Positions 1 through 9,788 of a DNA stretch of 64,000 nt are shown here, one piece after another. The notes under the pieces are model-generated. The model was given only the letters and a program-made list of their open reading frames with translations, did not search any database and had not been told where the DNA came from. The stretch is taken from NCBI GenBank assembly GCA_964599915.1, contig CAZRHR010000001.1:12019-76018 (forward strand). The letters are read 5' to 3'. Within the stretch, counting starts at the first letter, position 1, and each line of letters opens with the position of its first letter. Origin of the DNA: an uncultured Candidatus Competibacteraceae bacterium (GTDB lineage: Bacteria; Bacteroidota; Bacteroidia; CAIKAF01). A program made the translations under genes and the position numbers.

Positions 1-397
1 CGCTGTCCACCTCGCTCTGTTTGTGTTCTGCTCCCCATTGTTGCCAGAGTTCGGCGGCATTCACCACAATGCCGTTGTGCACCAAAACCCAGGGCGCGCT
101 GTGCACGGGCTGGTTGTTGTGGTTTCGGCTTTCGTGGCCGTTGGTTACCAACCGGGAATGGGCAATCAGGTACATGGGGCCGGGGGCCCGTTCCTGAATC
201 AGATTTTTGTATGCGGTAGTGCGCATCAGTTCTTCGGCGGGCCGGGGGCAGCGTACAAAGCGTAGGGTTTGGCTGTCGCGCAAGGCCAGGCCGGAGGCCT
301 CTTTGCCCCGGGTTTGCGAAAGCTGAAGCAGCCTAGACAGGAGTTCGGGCCTGAATTGTTGGCTGTCGCTAAGGTATATGCCGGTTATTCCGCACAT
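1..397 (-). CDS. Class II (Ntn) glutamine amidotransferase, asparagine-synthase-family N-terminus; partial, the gene runs off the left edge
   Basis: My own translation of the minus strand from the ATG at 395-397 gives MCGITGIYLSDSQQF...LIAHSRLVTNGHESRNHNNQPV...VLVHNGIVVN. The Met-Cys-Gly-Ile N-terminus is the catalytic Cys1 signature of class-II glutamine amidotransferases. This gene is absent from the ORF track because no stop codon lies inside the window. Confidence 0.6.
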   Translation of the reverse strand, partial: MCGITGIYLSDSQQFRPELLSRLLQLSQTRGKEASGLALRDSQTLRFVRCPRPAEELMRTTAYKNLIQERAPGPMYLIAHSRLVTNGHESRNHNNQPVHSAPWVLVHNGIVVNAAELWQQWGAEHKQSEVDS

Positions 398-398
398 G

Positions 399-1496
399 TT
401 ATTTGTACAGGCGTTCGTTGTCTTGAATGTCCATCCACATGGCGAACAAAAAGCTTTGAATGGACGAGATGCCCAAAAAGGTAAAGGCGAACAGGGTTTC
501 GAAGTTCATAGGGGCATCAATGCATAAGGCATTAACCACTTTGTACACGTAGGGCAACCAGAGTATTCCCAGAAGGAAAGAAAAGTGGTAGAGCAGAAAC
601 AGGGGGTGGAAATCCCGAAACAGGTATTTGTGCCAAAGCCGGCGGAAAAAACCTTTGAACAGGAGCCAGGCAATGCGGGGAATGACCTTTAGGATTTTCA
701 TTTTGCTTTGTTCACCCACGTCATAAACGGGTTTGATTTCCACCTCGCGCAGGCTGCAAAAGGCAATGTTGAGCTTAACCAGCATGTCGTTGGGATAACC
801 GTAACTGGGGTAAATTTGATGAATGGGAATGGCATTTAGGGCCTTTTTTGAAATGGCGGTGTAGCCAGTCTGGGTGTCGGAAACATGCCAGTAGCCGCTG
901 GCCATTTTGGTTAAAATGGAGAGTACGGAATTCCCGAGGTACCTGATTTTGGGTATAACCAGTAGGGCGCTGCGGTGAATCAGGCGGTTTCCCTTTACAT
1001 AATCTATGCCCTCTTGAACCACGGGCAGGCAAATGCTTTCCAGTTCGGCTGGATCCATTTGCCCATCGCCATCCATGGTGGCGATGCAATCAATTCCATG
1101 GTCTTTGGCCCATTTGTAGCCTGTGGCGATGCCGGCTCCTTTACCAGAATTGCGTTCGTGCTGAATAAAAATGATTCGGTCGCTTTCGGGCTGGGTGTTG
1201 TACACGCTCGAGGGGCAAAGCCATTGGTTTTCTTCCCTTTGCAGTTGCTGAACCACCTGGCTGGCGCGGTTGTACCGGTTTGGCACAACGGTGTTTAGAA
1301 TGTTGCTGATGGCAAAGGGGGCCGGGGATTGGTTGGCGATGTAGTCCAAGATGACTTGGGCCGTTCGGTCGGTGCTGCAATCGTTTACCAGGACAATGCG
1401 GTCCACGAATTGGGGCATGGAATCGAGCACCTCGGTGATTTGGGTTTCTTCGTTGTAGCAGGGTACGACGACGGCTATGGTTTTGTTATGGAGCAT
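399..1496 (-). CDS. GT2 glycosyltransferase of the polyprenyl-phosphate sugar synthase type (DPM1/ArnC-like) with a C-terminal transmembrane region
   Basis: IAVVVPCYNEE...LVNDCSTDRT plus the DGDGQMDP (DxD-type) motif place it in GT-A/GT2. The hydrophobic C-terminal third is typical of GtrB/DPM1-like enzymes. Confidence 0.8.
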   Translation of the reverse strand: MLHNKTIAVVVPCYNEETQITEVLDSMPQFVDRIVLVNDCSTDRTAQVILDYIANQSPAPFAISNILNTVVPNRYNRASQVVQQLQREENQWLCPSSVYNTQPESDRIIFIQHERNSGKGAGIATGYKWAKDHGIDCIATMDGDGQMDPAELESICLPVVQEGIDYVKGNRLIHRSALLVIPKIRYLGNSVLSILTKMASGYWHVSDTQTGYTAISKKALNAIPIHQIYPSYGYPNDMLVKLNIAFCSLREVEIKPVYDVGEQSKMKILKVIPRIAWLLFKGFFRRLWHKYLFRDFHPLFLLYHFSFLLGILWLPYVYKVVNALCIDAPMNFETLFAFTFLGISSIQSFLFAMWMDIQDNERLYK

Positions 1497-3125
1497 TTAG
1501 TGTTTCATTCTATTGAGATACATTTCCACCTTCTGTCCAACAAATAAAAGAGTTATTAAATAATAACAAAATTCAGTTGAAAAAGAATATCTGGGCAACG
1601 GATTTCCGTAAAAAGTGAATATTAAAGAGGAGCCTATCAATAAAAAACCAAGAAAAAGAATCAATAGATCGACTGGTTCTAAACGCTTGAAGTATAAAAA
1701 CTGAAAAATAGTGAATACAAATGCCAAAGTTGAAGTTAAGACCCATAAAACATTCCTAAAGATTTTTTTATTTATCCTTTCATTCCATTTATCATAAAGG
1801 CGAAAAATAAAATTCTCTGACATTTTGGCCCACCTATTCTCAAATCCTATGGTGTCCGAAAATGTATTAGCTTTACCTAAAATATAGTGTAAAAGTGCCG
1901 CCCCCTCCTCCGATTCTCCCAGTGACGAGATGAAATTGTTTGACCTTATCCCCATGGTTCGGTAAGCATTGATAGCCATACCAAAATAAGCTTGATCATA
2001 GTTTAATTTTAAATTATGATGGAAGGCTAAAAAAGATTTGATCTTAGAAAGACCATAATTCATACTATAATTCGATATAAGAAAATACATAGAATCGTTT
2101 GAAATTGGTTCATTCCAAAACAACTGGTTACAAACAACATCTTCTCCATTACCTCTTGCACAGACAAATAAACTATCATTATGTAAATCAGCATAAACTC
2201 CATAACGGGTTCTAATGATGGCTTTAGTATACTCCGCTAAGTCCCATGAAAAGTATCTAATATGAATTGGATTGTTGTGAGGCAAAGATTGTTTAATGAT
2301 TTTTTGCACCAAGAAACGCGACTGGGGAGAAAGAACCATTGCACTTTCTTTATGAATATCGGGATTCTTTCTCACCTTAGAATTCACAAATACACCCTCT
2401 TGGTATTTAAACCGTCCATACGTCAGAATGCTAAACTGGTGATCTAAAGAAATGTGTAAATTATAAAAGGCTAATAAAAAACAGAGTAGGGATAGGGATA
2501 ACAAAAAATACCCCGCCTTGACTAAGTTTTTTTTCCAAAGGAGGTAGGTTGAAATAATAATTGCAATGGGAAGAACAAAAATAGCAGAACTTCGCATGAA
2601 CATAACATAAAAGAATATAAAACCTAAAAGAAGAGGAAATACCCAGTGTTTTTTAGTGCAGGTTAAGTATAAAAGAGATGTGGCAAGGAGAAAGAGTGAA
2701 GAAAATAAACTTTCTGTAAAAATAGCAATTTCCCATTTTATGGTTGTATCTGATATTAAATAAATAACACCAAACAGGAATGAAGACAGAAAAAGAAAAA
2801 TATTATTTCTAAAGGAATAGAGTAGAAGTATTACTGAGAAAAAAGATAGAAATTGTTGGCCATAAACGACAGACATGGGATGGTCATAAATACCTTTTAG
2901 TAAGGCTATAAATAAAGGGTAACCACCTCCAATAAAATGGAAACTTGGCCATTGGTGTTGATGGATGTAAAAAGCTAACTCAAAATATTCGCAACTATCA
3001 GAATAAATAAGAGCAAAGGGAAAATAGTTCCAGATACTCCACCTTCCAATTATAAAGAAAATTGCCAAAACCACAATGCTCAATAGGAAGCGTTTCTCAT
3101 AAAGCATTTTCATAAGTAGTTTCAA
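1497..3125 (-). CDS. Polytopic membrane protein, GT-C fold glycosyltransferase candidate (PMT/ArnT/GT83-like)
   Basis: 542 aa with 10 or more predicted TM helices. The start overlaps the stop of the upstream DPM1-like GT2, the classic pairing of a lipid-linked sugar donor synthase with a GT-C transferase. Confidence 0.55.
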   Translation of the reverse strand: MKLLMKMLYEKRFLLSIVVLAIFFIIGRWSIWNYFPFALIYSDSCEYFELAFYIHQHQWPSFHFIGGGYPLFIALLKGIYDHPMSVVYGQQFLSFFSVILLLYSFRNNIFLFLSSFLFGVIYLISDTTIKWEIAIFTESLFSSLFLLATSLLYLTCTKKHWVFPLLLGFIFFYVMFMRSSAIFVLPIAIIISTYLLWKKNLVKAGYFLLSLSLLCFLLAFYNLHISLDHQFSILTYGRFKYQEGVFVNSKVRKNPDIHKESAMVLSPQSRFLVQKIIKQSLPHNNPIHIRYFSWDLAEYTKAIIRTRYGVYADLHNDSLFVCARGNGEDVVCNQLFWNEPISNDSMYFLISNYSMNYGLSKIKSFLAFHHNLKLNYDQAYFGMAINAYRTMGIRSNNFISSLGESEEGAALLHYILGKANTFSDTIGFENRWAKMSENFIFRLYDKWNERINKKIFRNVLWVLTSTLAFVFTIFQFLYFKRLEPVDLLILFLGFLLIGSSLIFTFYGNPLPRYSFSTEFCYYLITLLFVGQKVEMYLNRMKH

Positions 3126-3329
3126 TTTAAACTCTAAATTTAATACAATTCAAAAACATAAAATTCAACGGACAGTACCATAGGCTAAAGTAAAACATTA
3201 TACGACTATATAGGAGCTTTGGCACTACCATAACTTGTTTTCAGCAAGAGAGGATCTGACCGCAAATAAAGCATGTAATTGTGGTTTAAACAGCCCGAAG
3301 GTAGCATTAATCATTCAAGAACAACTACC

Positions 3330-4475
3330 TCATTTTACCGCCTCAAGGTATAGCTGGTAAAGTTTTTGGGCGTACGGGGTAAAGTCAAATAGCTGGGCTG
3401 TGGCCAAGGCGCCTTCAGAACAATGCAACCAGAGATCCGGCTGGGTTGAAAGTGAAAAGATTTTATCTGCAAAGGCTTCAGGATCTTGGGACATAAACAT
3501 CCAGCCATTATCGCCCTGCTTGTGCAACTTTCGATTTCCTTGTCCATCCAAAGCAAGTACTGGTAATCCACACGCCATGGCTTCGAGAATCACAAGTCCA
3601 AAAGGCTCGTAGGTGGCGGTATGGACATAAACCTGTGCGCCTGCCAATCTTTGCTGAACCTGCGGAACTTGCCCTGGTGCCACGACTTTGTCTGTAAGAT
3701 GTCGGCGTTCAATTTCTGCCCGCACTTCCTCCTGTAAAGGGCCAGCCCCATACATTTCTACCCGGACATCAATATTTCTGGCAAGGCAAGCCTCGGCGAT
3801 ATCCAATAAAAATCGTTGGTTCTTTTTTGCGACGAAGGAACCAATGTTGATAAGGGTAAAGGGTTGCGTTTGATGTTGGGCACGAAAAGGAAGGAAACGG
3901 CTCACATCAATGGCATTATCCAAAGCCACTACCCTATGCTTCCATTCTTTCGGCAAAACAGCTTGAAAATACGTTTGGGTATCCGGACTAATGGCTAAAA
4001 AAGTCGGGGGCACTTTTTGGTACGCCTTGATCAGATGCACCCATTCGTATGCCTCGGTCCAGCGTCTTTTTGACGCCAGATCACCCAGTGAAAGTGGACG
4101 CAGTTGGCGCATGTTATCATGGCAGTGGGTAAAATAAGCGATATCCGGTTTTGGCCGCACATGCGCAACCCACTCAGCCTCATACAGATGAGAATGAACC
4201 ACATGCGGCTTAAAGGTTTCAAGCAAAGCGTCAAATTGCTCCGTTTGAATCGTCCATTTTCCTTTAAGCGAGGGAACCACACGGGCATGTGTAACTACAG
4301 GCTGAATGTCGGGGTATTCATTGCCATAGCCATTTTCGTCCCTTAAGGTAGCCAGCACCACTTCAACCCCATCCAAACGTCGCAAATGACGCACTATGTC
4401 TAAGGCCATGCGTTCTGCCCCTCCGCGATAGAGGTTCGGAACTAAATGAAGTACGCGAAGTTTAGGAAAATTCAT
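3330..4475 (-). CDS. GT4 family glycosyltransferase (GT-B fold)
   Basis: C-terminal EPFGLVILEAMACGLPVLA is the GT4 EX7E-type signature. The likely true start is MNFPKLRVLHLVPN (ATG at 4473-4475), not the upstream ATG at 4565. Confidence 0.85.
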   Translation of the reverse strand: MNFPKLRVLHLVPNLYRGGAERMALDIVRHLRRLDGVEVVLATLRDENGYGNEYPDIQPVVTHARVVPSLKGKWTIQTEQFDALLETFKPHVVHSHLYEAEWVAHVRPKPDIAYFTHCHDNMRQLRPLSLGDLASKRRWTEAYEWVHLIKAYQKVPPTFLAISPDTQTYFQAVLPKEWKHRVVALDNAIDVSRFLPFRAQHQTQPFTLINIGSFVAKKNQRFLLDIAEACLARNIDVRVEMYGAGPLQEEVRAEIERRHLTDKVVAPGQVPQVQQRLAGAQVYVHTATYEPFGLVILEAMACGLPVLALDGQGNRKLHKQGDNGWMFMSQDPEAFADKIFSLSTQPDLWLHCSEGALATAQLFDFTPYAQKLYQLYLEAVK

Positions 4476-4632
4476 GTTTCTTGACGCTTTCAATTTTTCG
4501 CGCTCGAGAAAGAATAGAAATTGTATAATAACTGATTTATGTAAGATTGGGTTTGGATTACCCATATTATATCCAATCGGTTTCCTTGTATTTGAGTATT
4601 GTTATGACTTCGATTGAAGCACAGACATAGCT

Positions 4633-5943
4633 TCATTTAAAGTGGTCATTTAAAATCTCCGAAAGTACCTTTGAGTTAGCTTTTCGGCTAAATTTCTGTG
4701 CAATTCCGGCATCAACTACATCAGGTTCTAATCCTTCCAAATAAAGTTTAACCCAACGCACTAGCCATTCTTTTACATCAGTGAGATTTCGACATATCTT
4801 AAATCCAGGCCATTGGGCTGCAAACTGGTCAATAATGTCGGCATCTCCAGGATAAACAATAACAGGCCTCCTTGCCGCCAAATAATCAAAGATTTTACTT
4901 GAGGGGATGCCAGTATTTTTACCATAAACGGGCATCAACAATACCTGAGCATAATGAATTTCCGGAATAGCGGCTGAAAGCGGTTTCCTAGGAGATAAAA
5001 TAAGATGATTATGGAAATGACGAGGCATTGCCATTTTCACACGCTCAGATTGTTCGGAGGAATACGCAATCCCTTGAAAATGAATTTTCCAATTTAAATC
5101 AGGAAACTGCGAGAGCGCCTCACAAATACAGGGAAGCAGCGATTCTATATCTTGCGAAGGATAAAGGGTTCCACTGTAAAGTAAGGTAAATGAAGTTGAT
5201 GACTGCCACCTTAAGCTATTCGCTCTCGGACTCCCTGTAAATCCATTAATAATAGTGTACCCTTTTTTTCTTAGAAAAGACTCCAGTCTTTTTCTGTAAA
5301 CATCAGATACAGTGATGAAACAACAAGCAGATGTTAACCATTTTTTTTCGAAGTGACTGTTTAATCTTCTAAGCAATCTCTCGATAAGAGATTTTCTCAC
5401 ATTGAGTTTGTTAGTTGTCCAGTCGTCACGATAGTCAGCAATCCATGGGATACCATACTTTTGGTTTAGTCTATATCCTAAATGAAATTGAGAAAATGGA
5501 TTTCCAGAAATCACAAGCCCTTTGATATTACCATACGCTTTAACGATTCGGTGAATTTCTTTCTCAAGGAATCCCATTTCATTCCAACGAATTAAAAAAT
5601 TACCAAGGGAGAGATGAAGCATGGTTAATAATTGTCTGTAAAGTTTAATCTGTTTATTCTTTTGTACAAATAATCTATCCCGTAACGTAGGACTGAAGGG
5701 AACAAAGTGTTCTTCTCCCCAATCATAATATTTGACTTCAACACTTTTTCCAGAAGGCTTCAAGAGGTCTATTTCCGTGTAAACACTTTCTTGCCAATGT
5801 CTTGTTACGACAATAGGATAAATACCGTATTCCCTTAGATGAGGAACCCAACCATACAATCTATTGGCCCCGGTAAGCGTGCAAGGAGGATAAAAATAAG
5901 TAAGAAAAACAACGGGCTTCTCATGCGGCTTTATTTTGGTCAT
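4633..5943 (-). CDS. Putative GT-B fold glycosyltransferase
   Basis: 436 aa soluble protein lying between other GT genes. Its C-terminal half resembles a nucleotide-sugar-binding Rossmann domain. Family not firmly recognised. Confidence 0.45.
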   Translation of the reverse strand: MTKIKPHEKPVVFLTYFYPPCTLTGANRLYGWVPHLREYGIYPIVVTRHWQESVYTEIDLLKPSGKSVEVKYYDWGEEHFVPFSPTLRDRLFVQKNKQIKLYRQLLTMLHLSLGNFLIRWNEMGFLEKEIHRIVKAYGNIKGLVISGNPFSQFHLGYRLNQKYGIPWIADYRDDWTTNKLNVRKSLIERLLRRLNSHFEKKWLTSACCFITVSDVYRKRLESFLRKKGYTIINGFTGSPRANSLRWQSSTSFTLLYSGTLYPSQDIESLLPCICEALSQFPDLNWKIHFQGIAYSSEQSERVKMAMPRHFHNHLILSPRKPLSAAIPEIHYAQVLLMPVYGKNTGIPSSKIFDYLAARRPVIVYPGDADIIDQFAAQWPGFKICRNLTDVKEWLVRWVKLYLEGLEPDVVDAGIAQKFSRKANSKVLSEILNDHFK

Positions 5944-7043
5944 TTCTTGAAAGGAAATCTGGTTAATTTCTTAATTCTTCTTCTCAGATGAACAATAGAA
6001 GGGTAGTCGGTATGCTGCTTTATCGGTAGGTCCATGATCATATCAAATTCCTCCTCGTCCATTCCCCATTTTTTAATAACAAACTGCTTATCTGATGCCA
6101 CCAATTCCGGATCGGCTATTGGCAAACTAAGTTGTTGGAGGGCGACTTCCTTACTTAACTGACCCGCACAAATAAGGGTGGATAAATGGGACTTTCTTTT
6201 GTCAATTCCAAATTTTTTTGGCAGAATATAGGATTGATAAAATCGCGTAAAAACAGATTCATGGTGCTTGCCCCCATAAGGCCTCCATCCTAATTCTTTC
6301 TCAATGGTCTCCTGAATTTCACTCTTCTTATATCGAACATAATTTAATATGGGAACAAAACTAACCTTATAAAATCTTTTGGAATAGATATACCTGTAAT
6401 AATTGAGCAGCGGATAGCTTTTAATAGGAAGATTCCCATAGGCACTATGGATGCCAAGAATATTGGTATGGTCCATTTTAATATGCACCCAAGAATTGGG
6501 CAAAACACCTTCCGTTTCAAAGTTTTCGCCAGAAAGAATGTACTGAATACCATATTTTCGAGCTACCCGCTGAAGAATGGCGGCAATGGCATGGTCAGTT
6601 AAAACCTCAATATCTACTACGGAGGCTTTGAAGTAGGCCAATTGCAAATCCTTAAACTCATCCCAGTCAATCACATACGTATAAAGGTCAATATCTAAAC
6701 TACTTAAGGTTTTTTCTATATTCATAATCGCCAGCTCGGAATTCCAGCCATTATCCAAATGAACCGCAAGGGGCCTCAGCCCAAGTTTTTTTGATAAATA
6801 GGCCACGTACGTGCTATCCGTGCCACCACTTAGGCCAATAATACAATCATAAGGGGCATCTCTGCCCGTCCATTTAATCTCTTTGACCAGCTTATCCAAC
6901 ACCTCCGGCTTTTGTTCTTCAGAGGGCAAGCCCTTCATGCGGGTATCGTAGGTCCTGCAAATGGAACAAACCCCTTCTTTATCAAAAGTAAGAAAGGGAT
7001 CGTCTTGAGCATCAAGTAAACATCTGGAGCAACTGGTTTTCAT
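5940..7043 (-). CDS. N-acetyl sugar amidotransferase, PP-loop ATP pyrophosphatase (WbuX/WbpG/PseA-like)
   Basis: N-terminal Cys cluster CSRC...CSIC followed by the GLSGGTDS PP-loop motif. The 4-nt overlap with the downstream HisF-like gene suggests translational coupling. Confidence 0.8.
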   Translation of the reverse strand: MKTSCSRCLLDAQDDPFLTFDKEGVCSICRTYDTRMKGLPSEEQKPEVLDKLVKEIKWTGRDAPYDCIIGLSGGTDSTYVAYLSKKLGLRPLAVHLDNGWNSELAIMNIEKTLSSLDIDLYTYVIDWDEFKDLQLAYFKASVVDIEVLTDHAIAAILQRVARKYGIQYILSGENFETEGVLPNSWVHIKMDHTNILGIHSAYGNLPIKSYPLLNYYRYIYSKRFYKVSFVPILNYVRYKKSEIQETIEKELGWRPYGGKHHESVFTRFYQSYILPKKFGIDKRKSHLSTLICAGQLSKEVALQQLSLPIADPELVASDKQFVIKKWGMDEEEFDMIMDLPIKQHTDYPSIVHLRRRIKKLTRFPFKK

Positions 7044-7783
7044 TCTTCACTTTCTTCAAAATAATTAATTAATACGGAGCGAAGTCTCCCATAAAATACA
7101 AACATTGAACTTGCCCCTATGCCTTGCACCCCTGACTCCAATGCCTTTTTAATGTCGTCTTTCCCCGAAGCGCCTCCCAATAAAACCAAGGGGACCTGTA
7201 CGCTATCCCTGACAAGCTCAAAGGTCGAAAAGTCGAGGCCCTGATACGTCCCGTCTCTGTCTATGGAATGTAACACAATTTCACCCACGCCCCAATCCTG
7301 TACCCTTTTAATCAGGTCGGATAACTCATGGGATGTTCCGCTCAATTGTCCGCTCATTCCATGGCAGACCCTTTTCCCACTTGGTTCCACGGAGTAATCC
7401 AAACTTGCCATCACAGAACTCGCCCCAATGCTGCGAATGGCCTCTTTGACCAATGCTTGGTTTTTGAATAAAGCCGTTGAAAAACAAACTTTTTCATACC
7501 CCATTTTTATTAGATAATCCACATCGGTCATGTTCCGGATACCGCCCCCATACGCCAATGGCATAAATGCTTCATTTGCGATTTCCCGCAGGGTTTTCCA
7601 TTCTGGTCCGGAGCCATCCAAAGAAGCCCTGAAACCTGATATCATTAATTCGTGAACATTTTTTTCGTTAAATACCTTTACTGCATTAAGCGGGTCGCCA
7701 ACATAAACAGGTTGTTGAAAACGCACTGTTTTATATAAGCCTCCGGAACGTAAGCCCAGCACAGGAATTATACGCGCTTTCAT
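7040..7783 (-). CDS. Imidazole glycerol phosphate synthase cyclase-subunit paralog (HisF-like, WbuZ-type)
   Basis: MKARIIPVLGLRSGGLYKTVRFQQPVYVGDPLNAVKVFNE... is a HisF (beta/alpha)8 barrel signature. It sits in a glycan locus next to the PP-loop amidotransferase and a HisH domain. Confidence 0.85.
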   Translation of the reverse strand: MKARIIPVLGLRSGGLYKTVRFQQPVYVGDPLNAVKVFNEKNVHELMISGFRASLDGSGPEWKTLREIANEAFMPLAYGGGIRNMTDVDYLIKMGYEKVCFSTALFKNQALVKEAIRSIGASSVMASLDYSVEPSGKRVCHGMSGQLSGTSHELSDLIKRVQDWGVGEIVLHSIDRDGTYQGLDFSTFELVRDSVQVPLVLLGGASGKDDIKKALESGVQGIGASSMFVFYGRLRSVLINYFEESEE

Positions 7784-9735
7784 TGACTTATTTTAGATGT
7801 AACCAATACTCTCTTGAATAAATTCTTGCCATGGTGCAAGCTTTTTTCCGGGTGAAATTGAAACCCCCATACATTCCCAGATCTCACTGCGGAACAAAAC
7901 GCCATTCCATGAAAGGAGGTAAACAATACATCCCTGGAATCTTCCGGATCGCAATAGTACGAATGGGTAAAATAAAATTCACCCTCCTCAGTAGATGGCT
8001 CCTCATCCTTTGGCATGGTTTTCTCTGCCTGGTTCCACCCCATGTGAGGAATGGTAAAACCCTGTTTTTCAATAGATGACGGAAAGCGCTTCACCGTGCC
8101 TTTAATGAATCCTAATCCGGCCTCTCGCCCCTCCTCGCTACGCTCAAATAAGAGTTGCATGCCCAGGCAAATGCCAATCAATTGATTGCCTCTGTTTACA
8201 TGTTGCTGCAATACCTCAATCAGATTTTTTTGCCGAAGTTTTTGCATGGCCACGTCAAAAGCACCAACCCCCGGTAAAATAATGGTATGGAATAGGTGGA
8301 TGTCTTCGGCAAAATTTACAACATCTGCTTGAATGCCGGATTTTTTCAGCATTTTTTCAATGGCCCCAACGTTTCCGATACCTATGTTCAAAATGGCTAC
8401 GCCAGATAAAGGTTTAAAGTCAGGGATTTCACTTAAAAGTACGCCCGAATATTTAGTTATCAGGTCATCGGAACCCTCAAGAAGGTGTTTAAAGCGTTCA
8501 TAATTAATGTCTTCATTAAATAGGAGATATTGCTTTTTTCTCGCCGCTTCAGAAAATTGCAGGTATTCGTGCGCATTTAGCGATAGGATGGTTTGCAGTT
8601 TTTCAATCACTTCCTTTGGGGTGGTTTGATGAAGTAGCCACCCGTTATAGCCATCTTCCAGTAATTCCGGAATACCGCAAACGTTTGGGGCAATGATTGG
8701 AATCCCGAGGCTCATGGCCTCCATCATACTTACCGGAATGCCTTCATACAGACTTGTATTTACCAGTACCACCGGATTAATTTCCCTTAGTTTATTAATG
8801 ACACCGGAAGGAGAAATCCAGCCATGCAAATGTACCGACACTTTCGGGTGGTTTTTTAACTTCTTATGCAGTTTTTTTATAAAATCTTGCTCATAAGAAT
8901 CGAGCCGTCCCGCGCCAATATGGTGCCATTCCAGCGGCTCGCCATCCCATAGGTACAGGGCATCTACCAAACATTCCAGATTTTTAATGGGGTTAATGGT
9001 AGAAAGAGATACTATTTTAATTGGTTTTGGTTTGGTTTGATTGGTATGATATTGAGTGGGGATACCAAGCCTCGAAAGTTTGAACTTTTGCGAGTATTTT
9101 AAATTATTAATGATTAAGTGTTTTCTTCCATGTGTTGATATGGTGATGATGGAATCTATATGCTCAAATATAAAATGTCTGAAGGGAAGAAAACCCAAAG
9201 AATGCCGCTCGCCATAAAGGTCATGGCCATGGGCGCGTGCTACCCCCCTGGAAATTTTATTCGACTTTCTCCATTTGGCCAATAAAAAGGCGGCTTCATC
9301 GCTCCAATAGGAATACCAAACACCTCCTTCATCTTTCAGTTGATTTTTCTTCATTTCCCTTCTGATTCCTTGGTCCATCGTATAGGCCTGGATTAGGTAC
9401 ATGGTCGTGGTTTTCCAAGCCAAAAAGTTAAAAAATAAACCATTGGTTGTAAGGTCATGAAATACGTCTTTGCCATGAAAAAGCCATCCTTTAATGGACC
9501 CTAATACCTTGTCCGCAAGGGTTAATCTTTTCCTAATGGGTATTATCTTTATATTTTCCGGGAGCGACTTGTCATAACTTATCTCTTCATACTCAGCAAA
9601 TTCATGCCTTGTGAACACATAGATGTGGGGGATTTCTTTCGCCAAGTACAACAATTCTCCATGGATGAAAGGCTCCCCTTTTCCATAAGGATAATCTGGA
9701 ACCAACACAAACAACTGATTTATTTTAAAGGGCAT
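7780..9735 (-). CDS. Bifunctional protein: N-terminal GT4-like glycosyltransferase domain fused to a C-terminal HisH-type glutamine amidotransferase (WbuY-like)
   Basis: The N-terminal ~430 aa are paralogous to the next gene (shared EGIPVSMME..SLGIPII..VCGIPE GT4 motif). The C-terminal ~200 aa carry LPGVGAF...GICLGMQLLFE...PHMGWN...FQFHPEKS, the canonical HisH catalytic triad context. Confidence 0.8.
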   Translation of the reverse strand: MPFKINQLFVLVPDYPYGKGEPFIHGELLYLAKEIPHIYVFTRHEFAEYEEISYDKSLPENIKIIPIRKRLTLADKVLGSIKGWLFHGKDVFHDLTTNGLFFNFLAWKTTTMYLIQAYTMDQGIRREMKKNQLKDEGGVWYSYWSDEAAFLLAKWRKSNKISRGVARAHGHDLYGERHSLGFLPFRHFIFEHIDSIITISTHGRKHLIINNLKYSQKFKLSRLGIPTQYHTNQTKPKPIKIVSLSTINPIKNLECLVDALYLWDGEPLEWHHIGAGRLDSYEQDFIKKLHKKLKNHPKVSVHLHGWISPSGVINKLREINPVVLVNTSLYEGIPVSMMEAMSLGIPIIAPNVCGIPELLEDGYNGWLLHQTTPKEVIEKLQTILSLNAHEYLQFSEAARKKQYLLFNEDINYERFKHLLEGSDDLITKYSGVLLSEIPDFKPLSGVAILNIGIGNVGAIEKMLKKSGIQADVVNFAEDIHLFHTIILPGVGAFDVAMQKLRQKNLIEVLQQHVNRGNQLIGICLGMQLLFERSEEGREAGLGFIKGTVKRFPSSIEKQGFTIPHMGWNQAEKTMPKDEEPSTEEGEFYFTHSYYCDPEDSRDVLFTSFHGMAFCSAVRSGNVWGFQFHPEKSLHHGKNLFKRVLVTSKISQ

Positions 9736-9788
9736 ACGATATTTTTGTAGCGCAAATAGTCAAAGTGTTCTTTAGCTTGTCATGATGG

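Noticed and set aside
23-484. Plus-strand ORFs 23..265 and 269..484
   Set aside because: They are antisense to the minus-strand MCGI-type amidotransferase gene that I translated by hand. Their Gly/Pro/Ala-rich products look like GC-driven artefacts.
775-1380. Several nested ORFs (775..1089, 975..1298, 1004..1288, 1141..1380) inside the GT2 gene
   Set aside because: They lie entirely inside 399..1496 in other frames or antisense, have no family motifs, and are basic or Pro-rich.
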